A stretch of 64,000 nucleotides of DNA from Betaproteobacteria bacterium. Its GTDB lineage: Bacteria; Pseudomonadota; Gammaproteobacteria; Burkholderiales; Eutrophovitaceae. The position numbers and the translations under genes were made by a program. The stretch lies in contig CP070775.1 in the NCBI GenBank assembly GCA_020346185.1, forward strand, positions 844,528 to 908,527, read 5' to 3'. The notes below the pieces were generated by a model. The model saw only the letters and a program-made list of their open reading frames with translations. It did not search any database and was not told the origin of the DNA. Shown here one piece after another: positions 10,249 through 21,583 of the stretch. Each line of letters begins with the position of its first letter. Position 1 is the first letter of the stretch.

Positions 10249-11589
10249 CTACCAGATGGTCCCGCTCCAAGTGAGGCGAACAAAGAAATCCAGTTTGTCC
10301 TGCTTGCGGGAACTCGATACCAGCCGCTCAAGTTCCTTGCGACGCCGCACACGGATATCCAGGGCGAGACGTCTGCTCCTGCGCCACTGGTAACGTATCT
10401 CTGAGAGCGATTCGTTTTGGCGGAACTGGGGCGATAACAGCCAGCCCGCCCCAACCTGCCCGTAATTCAAACCGACGCTGTGGTCGGGTGCGAAATCCAT
10501 GAGGCTCAGCACAAAGTTCCATGCCAAGCCATCGGCGTCACCAACGCCGGCGAGACCCGCCGCCGCACGCGTCGGCGTTGCAGGAGCATAGCCAAGCTCG
10601 GCAGCAACCCTGAGTCGCACGTCGTCGTCACGTTCCGGCCAGCGGTTCGAGCTCCTCACGACAATGCCGTAATAATCTTCGCGCCTGCCCGATAACGTGC
10701 CATCCTTTAGCAGCGCTTGCGGCAGATAAGTAATGTCCAACCCTCTCTGCAGGAAGTACGGCGTACGTTGCTTGTTATCGAACGCGAAAAAATAGCTGAC
10801 ACGCGCGTCATCGACCTCGAAATCGAGCGGCCCACGCCGAACTTCAGTAGCACCTTCCGGCGCATTGTGCTGCGCAATCAGATGCGAGGCCCAGCCATTG
10901 TCAGCCTTGTAAACAAAGTGCACGCCGTCGGTCCAGTTGACGTTCGTGTTGTTACCGGTATTGCGGTCGAGCGATTTGGCGTAAACGCCCCCCAACGCCA
11001 CAAACTTGGTCTGCATTCGTCCGGCGACAATGGAAAATCTTTCTAGCCGGTACCAATTCAGGAATGCCTTGTCCAATGTGATGTCGCCATCCTCCATGCT
11101 GCTGGTAGTGGGCAGGTAGTCGGTCAGCACGAAGTTCGGTTCACACTCGATGTCCGAGCAGATACCGGCCATTCTTACCTCTGTTCTGAGGTACGGAGTC
11201 ACTCCCACTGTGCCGCTGATGCGCCATCGGGCACGCCAGACGTCGTCCTTGGTGGCGCTGCCCTCGCGCTCGTCAGTGTCCGATCCGCTGTATCCGCCGC
11301 GAACATCCCAGATCGCGGAGAGTCCACGCTGCACTTCGGTGACCTCGGCGGATCCTTTGGCATCGTCGAGCGACCCGTCGATGTCTTCTTCTATCGCTTC
11401 TTTTTGCTCCCCTTCAGTTCTCGCTTGGGCGATTTCGGAATCAACTTCCGGTTGCTTTGCTGCCTCGTCATCCGTCTGGGCCTGGACAACAGCTGCCAAC
11501 GACCAGAGCAGTATTGCAGGAAAACGTAAGAGGCCGAGCCGACGCACATAGCACCTGAACGTGTAGGACAGTCTTTTGCTGCCAATCAT
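10249..11589 (-). CDS. Putative outer-membrane beta-barrel (porin-like) protein with an acidic N-terminal extension
   Basis: ORF 10249-11664 (-). Likely start MIGSKRL at ATG 11589, then a signal peptide (LLRFPAILLWSLAAVVQAQT). About 60 Asp/Glu-rich residues follow, then alternating beta-strand-like sequence and a C-terminal aromatic residue (TWSGTIW). I do not recognise the family. Confidence 0.45.
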   Translation of the reverse strand: MIGSKRLSYTFRCYVRRLGLLRFPAILLWSLAAVVQAQTDDEAAKQPEVDSEIAQARTEGEQKEAIEEDIDGSLDDAKGSAEVTEVQRGLSAIWDVRGGYSGSDTDEREGSATKDDVWRARWRISGTVGVTPYLRTEVRMAGICSDIECEPNFVLTDYLPTTSSMEDGDITLDKAFLNWYRLERFSIVAGRMQTKFVALGGVYAKSLDRNTGNNTNVNWTDGVHFVYKADNGWASHLIAQHNAPEGATEVRRGPLDFEVDDARVSYFFAFDNKQRTPYFLQRGLDITYLPQALLKDGTLSGRREDYYGIVVRSSNRWPERDDDVRLRVAAELGYAPATPTRAAAGLAGVGDADGLAWNFVLSLMDFAPDHSVGLNYGQVGAGWLLSPQFRQNESLSEIRYQWRRSRRLALDIRVRRRKELERLVSSSRKQDKLDFFVRLTWSGTIW

Positions 11590-11786
11590 CCGCTTAATTA
11601 TCGTGCCTGACGGAGATTTCCGTAAACCGGCGTCAGACTGCCATCGACCAAGAGGACTTGGCAATCTTGCGAAGTCGTTTGCTTAGCGATCCCGTTGGGG
11701 TCAATGTTCCGCATATTCCACAGCACGGCTAAAATGCGTCGGGTTCCCTTCCTTCGGAAATGATGATTCCGTACGTGAACGTTTCG

Positions 11787-12233
11787 ATGAAGCGGCTTGT
11801 CCCGATACTATGTTTCGTTGCTGCTGGGCTGCCGGTCAACATCATTGCCGACGCCAACATCGAAAAATGGGTCGACCGCGAAGGCCGTGTCCATTACGGC
11901 GACCAACCACCGTCGTGGGCCAAACCAACGCCGGTATTGGTGCGGCCCAATGTCATCGAGACGAACCCACCAGCCCGGACTGCTAAACGGGCGGCAACAT
12001 CACGGACACCCGACGAAATACCTTCTTTCCCGGCACCTCAAGAGCGCAGGGACATCCAGGCCTATATCGAACTGTGCCGGAGTAACCGTGGGGTTGACTG
12101 CGAGCGGGAAGCCCGCGCGATGATCGATGGCCCCGCTACCCTGTTATTCCCCGGCGATCCGCTCCTCTTGCCGCGCCCTGATCTGACCCCGCCTGCGTCA
12201 CCGCCGCCGCCCGCGGCCCCGGAAAGACTCTGA
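11787..12233 (+). CDS. DUF4124 domain protein (secreted, Pro-rich tail)
   Basis: ORF 11760-12233. Likely start MKRLVPILCFVAAGLPV at ATG 11787 (signal peptide). The DUF4124 signature KWVDREGRVHYGDQPP is present. Confidence 0.6.
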   Translation: MKRLVPILCFVAAGLPVNIIADANIEKWVDREGRVHYGDQPPSWAKPTPVLVRPNVIETNPPARTAKRAATSRTPDEIPSFPAPQERRDIQAYIELCRSNRGVDCEREARAMIDGPATLLFPGDPLLLPRPDLTPPASPPPPAAPERL

Positions 12234-12278
12234 CAGCCAACCCCGCCGGCGCACGGACTTAAAAAGGATCCCAGGAAA

Positions 12279-13091
12279 GTGGCAACCTACGCGATCGGCG
12301 ACATACAGGGGTGTTTGCAGCCGTTTCAGCAATTGCTGGATGTGGTTGGTTTCAATCCACAGCGCGACCGCTTGTGGCTGGTCGGCGATCTGGTCAATCG
12401 CGGACCAGACTCACTGCCGACCCTACGTTACGTGCGGGATCTAGGCGACGCAGCGATCACGGTGCTGGGGAATCACGACCTGCATCTGCTCAGAGTGGCT
12501 GCCGGCTTCGGGCGGATTCACAAGACCGACACGCTGGGAGACGTCCTCGGCGCGGCGGACCGTGCCGACTTACTCGACTGGTTGCGTTCCCGAAAGCTTT
12601 TTCACCATGAAGATGAATATGCCATGGTGCACGCCGGCTTGTTGCCGCAATGGAGCATCGAGCACGCGGCGGAACTGGCGGCCGAAGTCGAACAGGTGCT
12701 GCAGAGCCGGCGACATGTCGAACTTGCCCGTCAAATGTACGGTGGTCAGCCAGACCAATGGCAGGATACGCTCAAGGGCTGGGACCGGTTGCGCGTCATC
12801 ATCAACGCCATGACGCGATTGCGGGTGTGCACGGTCGAGGGCAGGATGGAGTTTCATCACAAAGGTGAACCGGAGAACCTGCCAGACGGATTTATGCCGT
12901 GGTTCGACGTAGCTGGGCGTCGCAGCGCCAACGCCACCATGATATTCGGTCACTGGTCGGCGCTTGGATTGCGTATCGAACCGAATCTGTTGGCAGTCGA
13001 TGGTGGATGTTTATGGGGCCGCCAGTTATGCGCCGTCCGGCTGGAAGACCGTCGGGTGTTTCAGATCACCTGTCCAAGACAGGCAGCATGA
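12279..13091 (+). CDS. apaH: Bis(5'-nucleosyl)-tetraphosphatase, symmetrical (ApaH)
   Basis: 270-aa ORF with a GTG start. Metallophosphatase motifs are YAIGDIQGC, GDLVNRGP, GNHD and VHAG. It reads as ApaH-like along its full length. Confidence 0.85.
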   Translation: MATYAIGDIQGCLQPFQQLLDVVGFNPQRDRLWLVGDLVNRGPDSLPTLRYVRDLGDAAITVLGNHDLHLLRVAAGFGRIHKTDTLGDVLGAADRADLLDWLRSRKLFHHEDEYAMVHAGLLPQWSIEHAAELAAEVEQVLQSRRHVELARQMYGGQPDQWQDTLKGWDRLRVIINAMTRLRVCTVEGRMEFHHKGEPENLPDGFMPWFDVAGRRSANATMIFGHWSALGLRIEPNLLAVDGGCLWGRQLCAVRLEDRRVFQITCPRQAA

Positions 13092-13839
13092 GTGCGGCAG
13101 CAATTTGGGCATGGCTGAGCTGTGCGAGTTCCCGGCGTGTTCGGCCGCGCGAGCCGATCGCCGGAAGAAAATGCACTTCGGCAAAGATCTGCGGAGCACG
13201 AACGATTGCCGCCAACGATTGCATGAGACTCATCTCACCCACATAGGCCGCCGCCGGCTCGAGATTGCCTTGATCATCGGTGTAGCGAATCGCCACCGGC
13301 ACGATCAGAGCCTCTTCGTCTACTGCCGGCTGCAGCAGCGAAGCATGAAAACGCAACAGTTGGTCACCACAAGTGGTCGTTCCCTCCGGGAAAACCGCGA
13401 CCGGATCACCTTCGGAAAACGCCTCATGAATGGCGAGGTTGATGCGAGCAGCGTGACGCCTGCTGCCGCGCTCGATGAACAATGTTCCCGTGCGCGCTGA
13501 CAGCCAGCCAATCAGTGGCCACCGCCGGACTTCGGACTTTGCCACAAAGCGTACGTTCCACAGCGAATGCAAAACCTGGATATCAAGCCAAGAGACATGA
13601 TTCGCCACACCAAGGACACGGGCTCCCGGTTGCGGCACTTCGCCATCGGCGCGAACCACGACACCGGCAGACCGAAGCACGCGGCGTGACCAGTTCTGAA
13701 CGGCACGCCAGCGGCGCCGACGACTGTAGAACGGAAACAGTAGCGCGACGGTCAGAAAACCGAGTACGAGTTGCGCGGCAAGTCGCCCGTAGCGCACACC
13801 CCTTACAGGCACCGGCGTTGATGCTCTGCGTCGGCCCAT
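13066..13839 (-). CDS. Lysophospholipid (1-acyl-sn-glycerol-3-phosphate) acyltransferase family protein
   Basis: 257-aa ORF with an N-terminal TM segment, HX4D motif ANHVSWLD and acyl-acceptor motif FPEGTTT. Confidence 0.8.
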   Translation of the reverse strand: MGRRRASTPVPVRGVRYGRLAAQLVLGFLTVALLFPFYSRRRRWRAVQNWSRRVLRSAGVVVRADGEVPQPGARVLGVANHVSWLDIQVLHSLWNVRFVAKSEVRRWPLIGWLSARTGTLFIERGSRRHAARINLAIHEAFSEGDPVAVFPEGTTTCGDQLLRFHASLLQPAVDEEALIVPVAIRYTDDQGNLEPAAAYVGEMSLMQSLAAIVRAPQIFAEVHFLPAIGSRGRTRRELAQLSHAQIAAALMLPVLDR

Positions 13840-13948
13840 GCTTCAAATGACTACGCGAATGGTATCGAACAGTCTCGACCTCGAGCGCCGCCACAGGCGT
13901 CCAGGCACTTTGTTACCAGCTAAGGCAATGGCGTCAGACTGACTCAGG

Positions 13949-14884
13949 TCAGGGCAGAGCCATGTCAAACGCTTCGGCAAAATGTTCTGCAATGGCATCA
14001 CGGGTGAATTCATGGTTCTGCGGACCGCGTTGCGCAATCTTGATCGAACCGAGCAGCGACGCGAGACGACCTGTTATTTTCCAATCGTAACCATTGGCAA
14101 TGCCGTACAGAAGCCCGGCACGGTAAGCGTCACCACAACCCGTCGGATCGACCACTCGTGTCGGCGGCACCGGCGGGATCTTGATTTCCTTGCCATCGAC
14201 AAAAATCAACGAGCCGTGTGCGCCCTGCGTCAGGACGAATGCTTTCACGTGGCGAGACAGCTCGGCAACACTTTTGCCTGTTCGCTCCTGCAGAAGCTTC
14301 GCCTCGTAGTCGTTGGTGGCGACGTAATCGGCCAGCCTGATGAATTCCAGTAACTCGTCGCCATTGAACATCGGCAATCCCTGGCCAGGATCAAACACAA
14401 ATGGCACGCCGGCCTCGCCGAATTCCCGTGCATGCTGGATCATGCCATCACGGCCGTCCGGCGCGACAATCCCCAAAACGACATCATGGGCATCAGGTAC
14501 ACGATTGTGATGCGAGAAGCTCATCGCACCCGGATGAAACGCAGTGATCTGGTTGTCATCAAGGTCCGTAGTGATGAACGCTTGTGCCGTGAAGCTCCCA
14601 TCCACTTTCCGGATGTGATCCTGCGATAAACGCAGCTTCTCGAGACGGTAAGCATAGGGCTGATAATCTTCGCCGACTGTGGCCATGATCAGCGGATCGC
14701 CGCCGAGCATCTTGAGGCTGTAGGCGATATTTCCGGCGCAGCCGCCGAATTCGCGGCGCATGTCCGGGACGAGAAAAGCCACATTCAGAATATGGATCTG
14801 GTCAGGAAGAATGTGGTTCTTGAAATGATCGCTAAACACCATGATGGTGTCGTAGGCAATCGATCCGCAAATCAATGTTCTCAT
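13949..14884 (-). CDS. PfkB-family carbohydrate/nucleoside kinase (adenosine-kinase-like)
   Basis: 311-aa ORF. The N-terminus is GSIAYDTIM...GGCAGNIAYSL. The C-terminal PfkB signature is DPTGCGDAYRAGLLYG. Confidence 0.8.
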   Translation of the reverse strand: MRTLICGSIAYDTIMVFSDHFKNHILPDQIHILNVAFLVPDMRREFGGCAGNIAYSLKMLGGDPLIMATVGEDYQPYAYRLEKLRLSQDHIRKVDGSFTAQAFITTDLDDNQITAFHPGAMSFSHHNRVPDAHDVVLGIVAPDGRDGMIQHAREFGEAGVPFVFDPGQGLPMFNGDELLEFIRLADYVATNDYEAKLLQERTGKSVAELSRHVKAFVLTQGAHGSLIFVDGKEIKIPPVPPTRVVDPTGCGDAYRAGLLYGIANGYDWKITGRLASLLGSIKIAQRGPQNHEFTRDAIAEHFAEAFDMALP

Positions 14885-14913
14885 GTTGTTGGCTTCTTTC
14901 TGTTGGGCACGAA

Positions 14914-15765
14914 TTATCTGTCTACAACAAATGGTGGGATGCCGAGCATCTGATACACGCGGCTCGCGTCACGCTCAGCGGCAGCATGGCTGTCATACGG
15001 ACCGGCATGCACTTTGTACAGGCTCGCACTGCGGTAAAGATGAATCGAATCCCCCATCCAGGCAATATCAGTGCGCATTCGATGGACAAACACCTGTGCG
15101 TTGTCAAGGCTCGAAAACGCGCCCAGCTGCAGAAAGATGCCACTGTCTCCCGTTTCGAGCGATCCGGCACGCGGTGGCGGCCGGGTAACAGCAACGATCG
15201 GCGCCGATGGCGGAACTGCGTCTCCCGGCAGGATTGCCTCGACCTCGACCAAGGTACTGCCGTCATTGACGAAACCGAGCTTGTGAGCGGCGACGTAGGA
15301 GACGTCGATAAGGCGCTTGTCATGAAAAGGTCCACGATCATTAAGCCGCACGATCACTGAACGTCCGTTGCTCAGATTGGTTACTTTTGCATAGCTAGGC
15401 AACGGCAATAGCGTGTGGGCCGCTGTCATCGCGTACATATCGTATTTTTCTCCGTTGGCCGTCTGTTGGCCGTGATAACGCGTGCCGTACCAGCTCGCGA
15501 TGCCGCGCGCGCGGTAAGGCTGGCGCGAGGTAAACGGCCGATAGGAACGGCCAAGCACTGTGTAAGGCCGCGTCGTCGCTTGATTGATCGGCTCGGCGCG
15601 CGGAACGGCATCAGGTACGCGGTCCAGATCAACCGGCGGCCGGCCGCCGGGTCCGTCATCAAGGTAATAGCCCCCCGATTTGTTTCCCAACGAACCGCAA
15701 CCGGCCAAGACAAGGGCGATGAGCAATAGCACCAACAATGCTCGCCATGAATGCGTCATCGTCAC
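14914..15765 (-). CDS. rlpA: Septal ring lytic transglycosylase RlpA (lipoprotein with C-terminal SPOR domain)
   Basis: 283-aa ORF with lipobox LVLAGCGS and a DPBB region (GIASWYGTRYHGQQTANGEKYDMYAMTAAHTLLPLPSYAKVTNL.NGRSVIVRLNDRGPF). The C-terminus is SPOR-like. It overlaps the rodA stop by 4 nt. Confidence 0.85.
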   Translation of the reverse strand: MTMTHSWRALLVLLLIALVLAGCGSLGNKSGGYYLDDGPGGRPPVDLDRVPDAVPRAEPINQATTRPYTVLGRSYRPFTSRQPYRARGIASWYGTRYHGQQTANGEKYDMYAMTAAHTLLPLPSYAKVTNLSNGRSVIVRLNDRGPFHDKRLIDVSYVAAHKLGFVNDGSTLVEVEAILPGDAVPPSAPIVAVTRPPPRAGSLETGDSGIFLQLGAFSSLDNAQVFVHRMRTDIAWMGDSIHLYRSASLYKVHAGPYDSHAAAERDASRVYQMLGIPPFVVDR

Positions 15766-16856
15766 GTCTGAACCAATCGTCGATTGGCGCGAATACTCAT
15801 CAGCAAGCCAACTCCAAACAGCAGCGTCACGAGCGCCGTCCCGCCATAAGAAATCAGTGGCAGCGGAACGCCGACGACCGGCAGTAATCCGCCAACCATA
15901 CCCATGTTGACAAACACATAGGTAAAGAAAGTCAAAGTGACCCCGCCCGCCAACAGCCGCGAGAACATGGTGGGTGCATTGGCAGAGATAACCAGCCCAC
16001 GAGTGATCAGCAGCGCAAAGAGGACGATCAGAACAAGATTACCAAGCAGACCGAACTCTTCACCATAAACCGCGAATATGAAATCCGTCGAGCGCTCGGG
16101 CAGAAACTCCAGTTGCGACTGCGTTCCGTTGAGCCAGCCTTTGCCAAGGATGCCACCAGAGCCCATAGCTATGGCCGACTGTATCGTGTGGTACCCCGCG
16201 CCCAACGGGTCCTGCGTCGGATCGAGCAACGTCAACACGCGCTGTTTCTGATACTCGTGCAGCGAATCCCACAAGAAGGGGAGGGCGGCAACTCCGGCCA
16301 CAACAGTACCAACCAACAAACGCACTGACAGTCCGGCGAGGAACAAGACAGAGAAACCGGCCGCCGCCACCAGTAATGCCGTACCCAAGTCAGGTTGACG
16401 AGCAATAAGCAGCACCGGCACGACGACCAGGATCGTCGCAGTGACAAAATTGCGAAAACGCAGAACTGCCTCATACCGGTCGAAATACCACGCGAGCATC
16501 ATCGGTACGGCGATCTTCATCAGCTCGGAAGGCTGGATGCGGGTAAAGCCGAGGTTGAGCCAACGCTGAGCACCGTTGACCTCGAGACCAACCAGCTCGA
16601 CGGCAATCAGCAAGAGCAGGCCAACGAGGTACAAAGGCAACGCAACATTTGCCAGATGGTAGAGCGGAATATTCGCCGCGATCCACATGATGGTGAGTGC
16701 GATACCGATGTTAATCGCGTGCGCGCCAGTTCGTTCGGCGTTAGCGCCGGAAGCACTGAACAAAACCAACAGGCCTATCGCCAGCAGGATCGTGACCAGC
16801 ACCAGGAGCTGGCGGTCGAGATGCCGCCCGATAAACGCCAACAATCGATTAATCAT
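15762..16856 (-). CDS. mrdB: Rod-shape peptidoglycan glycosyltransferase RodA (SEDS family)
   Basis: 364-aa polytopic ORF downstream of mrdA. SEDS motifs seen: GAQRWL..G...IQPSELMK, FLPERSTDFIFA and PLPLISYGGTA. Confidence 0.9.
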   Translation of the reverse strand: MINRLLAFIGRHLDRQLLVLVTILLAIGLLVLFSASGANAERTGAHAINIGIALTIMWIAANIPLYHLANVALPLYLVGLLLLIAVELVGLEVNGAQRWLNLGFTRIQPSELMKIAVPMMLAWYFDRYEAVLRFRNFVTATILVVVPVLLIARQPDLGTALLVAAAGFSVLFLAGLSVRLLVGTVVAGVAALPFLWDSLHEYQKQRVLTLLDPTQDPLGAGYHTIQSAIAMGSGGILGKGWLNGTQSQLEFLPERSTDFIFAVYGEEFGLLGNLVLIVLFALLITRGLVISANAPTMFSRLLAGGVTLTFFTYVFVNMGMVGGLLPVVGVPLPLISYGGTALVTLLFGVGLLMSIRANRRLVQT

Positions 16857-18753
16857 CCTCTGCCTCCTCGGCGCGGCGCTGCGGCGCGGGGTCTTTCGGC
16901 TCTATGCCAAGCAGGTAGTAGTCGATCACTTTGCGTGCAATCGGTGCCGCAGTGGTGCTGCCATGCCCGCCATTCTCGACCACTATTGCCAACGCAATCC
17001 TCGGCGCTTCAGCCGGTGCGAAAGCGATAAACAATGCGTGATCGCGATGTCTTTCATCGATGGCGTCCTCATCGTATTCCTGGCCCTTCAAACCAATCAC
17101 CTGGGCAGTTCCGGTCTTGCCGGCAAATTTGTATTTTGCTCCCCACCCGGCCCACGCAGCAGTGCCGCCGGGTCGCGTCACATCAACCATGGCATCGCGC
17201 ACCAGATCGAAGTGGCGAGGCTGCAGCGGTACTTCGCTAATCGGATAGGGCTCGATGGTTTCCAGTTCATTGGTATGACTGTCTTGTATGTGCTGCACGA
17301 CGTGTGGCCGGAAAATGCGACCGCCGTTAGCAAGGATTGCCGTTGCCGAGGCAAGCTGCAACGGTGTGGCCAGGTTGTATCCCTGGCCGATCCCGACGGA
17401 GATGGTGTCACCCACGAACCAGCGTTGCTCGAAACGCCGCTTCTTCCATTGGCGTGACGGCAGCAAACCACCGACTTCCCCTGCAATGTCGATGCCGGTG
17501 CGCTGACCCAAGCCGAACTGCGAGATGAAATCGTGGATCATGTCGATTCCCAGATCCTGGGCTAGCCCGTAGAAATAGGTGTCACATGATTCGACGATCG
17601 CCTTGTGCAGGTCGACCACACCATGCCCGCCAGCCTTCCAGTCACGGAACACATGGCCTGAGCCGCCCAACAAGAAATAGCCCGGGTCGCTGATGCTGTA
17701 GCCGGGCGTGGTTTTGCCTAACTCGAGCCCCGCCAGAGCCATAAAAGGCTTAAAGGTCGAACCGGGCGGGTAAACCCCTTTTAATGCACGGTTATTGAGC
17801 GGGTGATCCGGCGAGTCATTCAACGCCGCCCAGTGCTCCGGGTCGATTCCCTCCACGAACCGATTGGGATCGAACCCGGGCCGCGATACCAATGCCAACA
17901 CACCGCCCGTATCGGGTTCGATCGCCACCATCGATCCGCGATAGTCACCAAACGCAGCCTCGGCAATTTGCTGCAAGCGGACATCAATTGCAAGCAGAAG
18001 GTTATTGCCGGATACCGGCAGAATCGAGCGAAGGGTACGGATAGAATGGCCATTGGCATCCGTTTCCACGTGCTCGTAACCGGTCACACCGCGCAAAACC
18101 TGTTCATAATACTGCTCCAGGCCGACTTTGCCGATGTAGTCCGACTTGGTGTAGTTGTAGGCAAATCCCTGTTCCTGCAATTTGACAAAATCCGCTTCGC
18201 TCATACGTCCGATATAACCGACCACATGCGATGCAACTTCCTTGTTGGGGTAATGACGAAACAGTCGCGCGTTGATCTGTACTCCGGGTATTCGGTAGCG
18301 ATTCACGGCAAAACGGGCGACTTCCTCGTCATTGAGTCGCGTGCGTATTGGTATGCTTGAAAAGTCGGGTTCCTCCTTGAGCAACTTTTCGAAGCGCCGC
18401 AGGTCTTTGGGGGTGATTTCGACCAAAGTCGAAAGCTCTTGGATGACGCCATTCAAATCGTCGACCTGGCTCGGCGTAATTTCGAGGGTATACGCAGCGT
18501 AGTTGCTGGCCAACGTCACACCGTTGCGGTCGAGAATTAACCCTCGATGCGGGACCACCGGCACAATGTTGACACGATTCTGCTCTGCCAGCAGCTGATA
18601 ATAATCATGCTGGATAACCTGCAGATAAAACAAGCGGGAAAGCAGGACCAAAAAGGTCACCGCCACCACGGCAGCGACAACCGCCAGGCGCAGCTGGAAC
18701 AAGTGCAATTCGCGCTGGTGATCGCGTAACTCGACCGAACGTCTCACCGCCAC
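16849..18753 (-). CDS. mrdA: Penicillin-binding protein 2 (elongasome transpeptidase)
   Basis: 634-aa ORF with a GTG start and an N-terminal TM anchor. Transpeptidase motifs STFKP and KTGTA are present. It sits between mreD and rodA. Confidence 0.9.
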   Translation of the reverse strand: MAVRRSVELRDHQRELHLFQLRLAVVAAVVAVTFLVLLSRLFYLQVIQHDYYQLLAEQNRVNIVPVVPHRGLILDRNGVTLASNYAAYTLEITPSQVDDLNGVIQELSTLVEITPKDLRRFEKLLKEEPDFSSIPIRTRLNDEEVARFAVNRYRIPGVQINARLFRHYPNKEVASHVVGYIGRMSEADFVKLQEQGFAYNYTKSDYIGKVGLEQYYEQVLRGVTGYEHVETDANGHSIRTLRSILPVSGNNLLLAIDVRLQQIAEAAFGDYRGSMVAIEPDTGGVLALVSRPGFDPNRFVEGIDPEHWAALNDSPDHPLNNRALKGVYPPGSTFKPFMALAGLELGKTTPGYSISDPGYFLLGGSGHVFRDWKAGGHGVVDLHKAIVESCDTYFYGLAQDLGIDMIHDFISQFGLGQRTGIDIAGEVGGLLPSRQWKKRRFEQRWFVGDTISVGIGQGYNLATPLQLASATAILANGGRIFRPHVVQHIQDSHTNELETIEPYPISEVPLQPRHFDLVRDAMVDVTRPGGTAAWAGWGAKYKFAGKTGTAQVIGLKGQEYDEDAIDERHRDHALFIAFAPAEAPRIALAIVVENGGHGSTTAAPIARKVIDYYLLGIEPKDPAPQRRAEEAEDD

Positions 18754-18805
18754 TCCGTCACTTCACTGATGTCAATTGCTGATCGGACGAATCGCGCGCT
18801 CACGG

Positions 18806-19330
18806 TCAATCGGTCTTGGCTCGCGAGCGCAATGGTAGCGCCACAAAGTGACAAACTAACGGCCACAGCAGGCTACCGCTGACGCTCGGTAAGAAGTACC
18901 ACCATCCGGGAAACGCGTTATCTGCCGCGATGCGCACCATGAGCACGATCAGCTGGGCAACCAGCAGTATTCCCAGGATGTGCAGCATCTGGCCACGCAA
19001 ACCAAACAGCGAAATCCTGCGGTGCAACGTGATGCCTGCTGCCGTCAGGACACAATAAGCGAGCGCGTGCTGACCAAACAGGCTGCCATCGGCAACGTCC
19101 ATTGCCAAGCCAAGAAGGAACACGGGCGTGAATCCGACCTTGCGGGGATGCTGAATAGCCCAGTACAACAGCACGGCTGCCACGAAATCCGGCCGAATCA
19201 TCAGTACCCAACCCGTCAGTGGCAGCATGTTTAGCATGAATGCGACAAAAAAGGACAGGGCGACGTAAGCCGGCTTGGCCGGCATTAGCACTTCATGGGA
19301 ATGCGTTCCCCCAAGCTCCGCAATCGCCAT
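18806..19330 (-). CDS. mreD: Rod shape-determining protein MreD
   Basis: 174-aa hydrophobic ORF. Its ATG overlaps the mreC TGA by 1 nt (TGATG). ATG 19285 (MPAKPAYV) is an alternative start. Confidence 0.8.
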   Translation of the reverse strand: MAIAELGGTHSHEVLMPAKPAYVALSFFVAFMLNMLPLTGWVLMIRPDFVAAVLLYWAIQHPRKVGFTPVFLLGLAMDVADGSLFGQHALAYCVLTAAGITLHRRISLFGLRGQMLHILGILLVAQLIVLMVRIAADNAFPGWWYFLPSVSGSLLWPLVCHFVALPLRSRAKTD

Positions 19331-20223
19331 CAGTTCGCTCTCCTGCGGCCACGATCGGGTTGCAACGGCGCAACTGGTCTTTCCGGGTAGCCGCCGGCAG
19401 TTTCCAGAACCATTACGTGCCGGTGCGAACCCACTCCGGAGGCAGGCCGGGTCATGATGCGAGCGAAAGGATAAGCTGCATTGCGCTCGACGTTGTCGAC
19501 GAAGGCCACCGGCAGCCCGGCCGGATAGACACCGCCAATACCTGATGTAACCAGCAGGTCACCGCGTTCAATATCGGCGTTAACCGGCATAAACCGCGCT
19601 TCCAGTGCACCGTCGTAACCAAGCCCGAAGATCACCGCACGCAGTCCGTTACGAACGACTTGTACTGGAATGACCTGCTCACGGTCTGTAATCAGCGCCA
19701 CCTCCGACGCCCAAGGATAGACGCGATGGACCTGCCCCACCAATCCGAGTGTGTCGATGACGGGCGCTCCGCGGCGCACACCATCTGTCGCGCCCTTGTC
19801 GACGACCACCTGCCTGACGAAGGGGTCACGGGCGGTGTATAGGATGGACGCCACCTGGGCCAGAGGCTCAAACCGAGGCCGCAAGTTGAGCAGTTCGCGC
19901 AGATTCTCGTTCTCGGCCGCCAGCGCCTCTTGTCTCTGCAGCAAACCCGCATTGACGAACGCCTGTCGTTTTAGATCAGCGTTTTCGTGCTGCAGCACGG
20001 ACTGCAAGACAAAATACTGGGAGAATCGCTGACCGATCCTGGCGGGCGTATCCGCCAGTTCCTGCAGCGGATAAAGAACCGCGCCGACAATGCCGCGGAT
20101 ATCCTCCATATAGCGGAATCGGGCATCGGCAAACAACAAAACCAGTGAACACAGCGAGAACAACGCGAGTCGCGTTATGAGATTGGGTCCGCGTTTGAAA
20201 AATGGCGGCGGCGAGTATTCCAT
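19330..20223 (-). CDS. mreC: Rod shape-determining protein MreC
   Basis: 297-aa ORF between mreB and mreD. It has an N-terminal TM segment, a coiled-coil region (ENADLKRQ...ENENLRELL) and a C-terminal beta-rich domain (GLVGQV..., SGIGGVYPAGLPVA). Confidence 0.85.
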   Translation of the reverse strand: MEYSPPPFFKRGPNLITRLALFSLCSLVLLFADARFRYMEDIRGIVGAVLYPLQELADTPARIGQRFSQYFVLQSVLQHENADLKRQAFVNAGLLQRQEALAAENENLRELLNLRPRFEPLAQVASILYTARDPFVRQVVVDKGATDGVRRGAPVIDTLGLVGQVHRVYPWASEVALITDREQVIPVQVVRNGLRAVIFGLGYDGALEARFMPVNADIERGDLLVTSGIGGVYPAGLPVAFVDNVERNAAYPFARIMTRPASGVGSHRHVMVLETAGGYPERPVAPLQPDRGRRRAN

Positions 20224-20303
20224 CAGCGCGGGGTCAGCAGGCTAGGTGCTTGACAGAGCCACCTGGATAAGCCTGATGGGCATAAGATCACTCCGCGAGC
20301 AAC

Positions 20304-21404
<1,101 letters not shown>

Positions 21405-21583
21405 CTATCGGACTTCACCGGGTAAAAAAACAGTGCCTTCTAAATCATTGCTGAGGGCTTTTCAGCGATACATCGTTTACCATTTGCAGAGCCTTTCGAG
21501 CGATCGGCGAGACACCTCGCGCCGGCAGCAGAATACCGCGGCTGCGCCACTCTTGAACCCTAAATTCGCATTTTTTCTGATCC

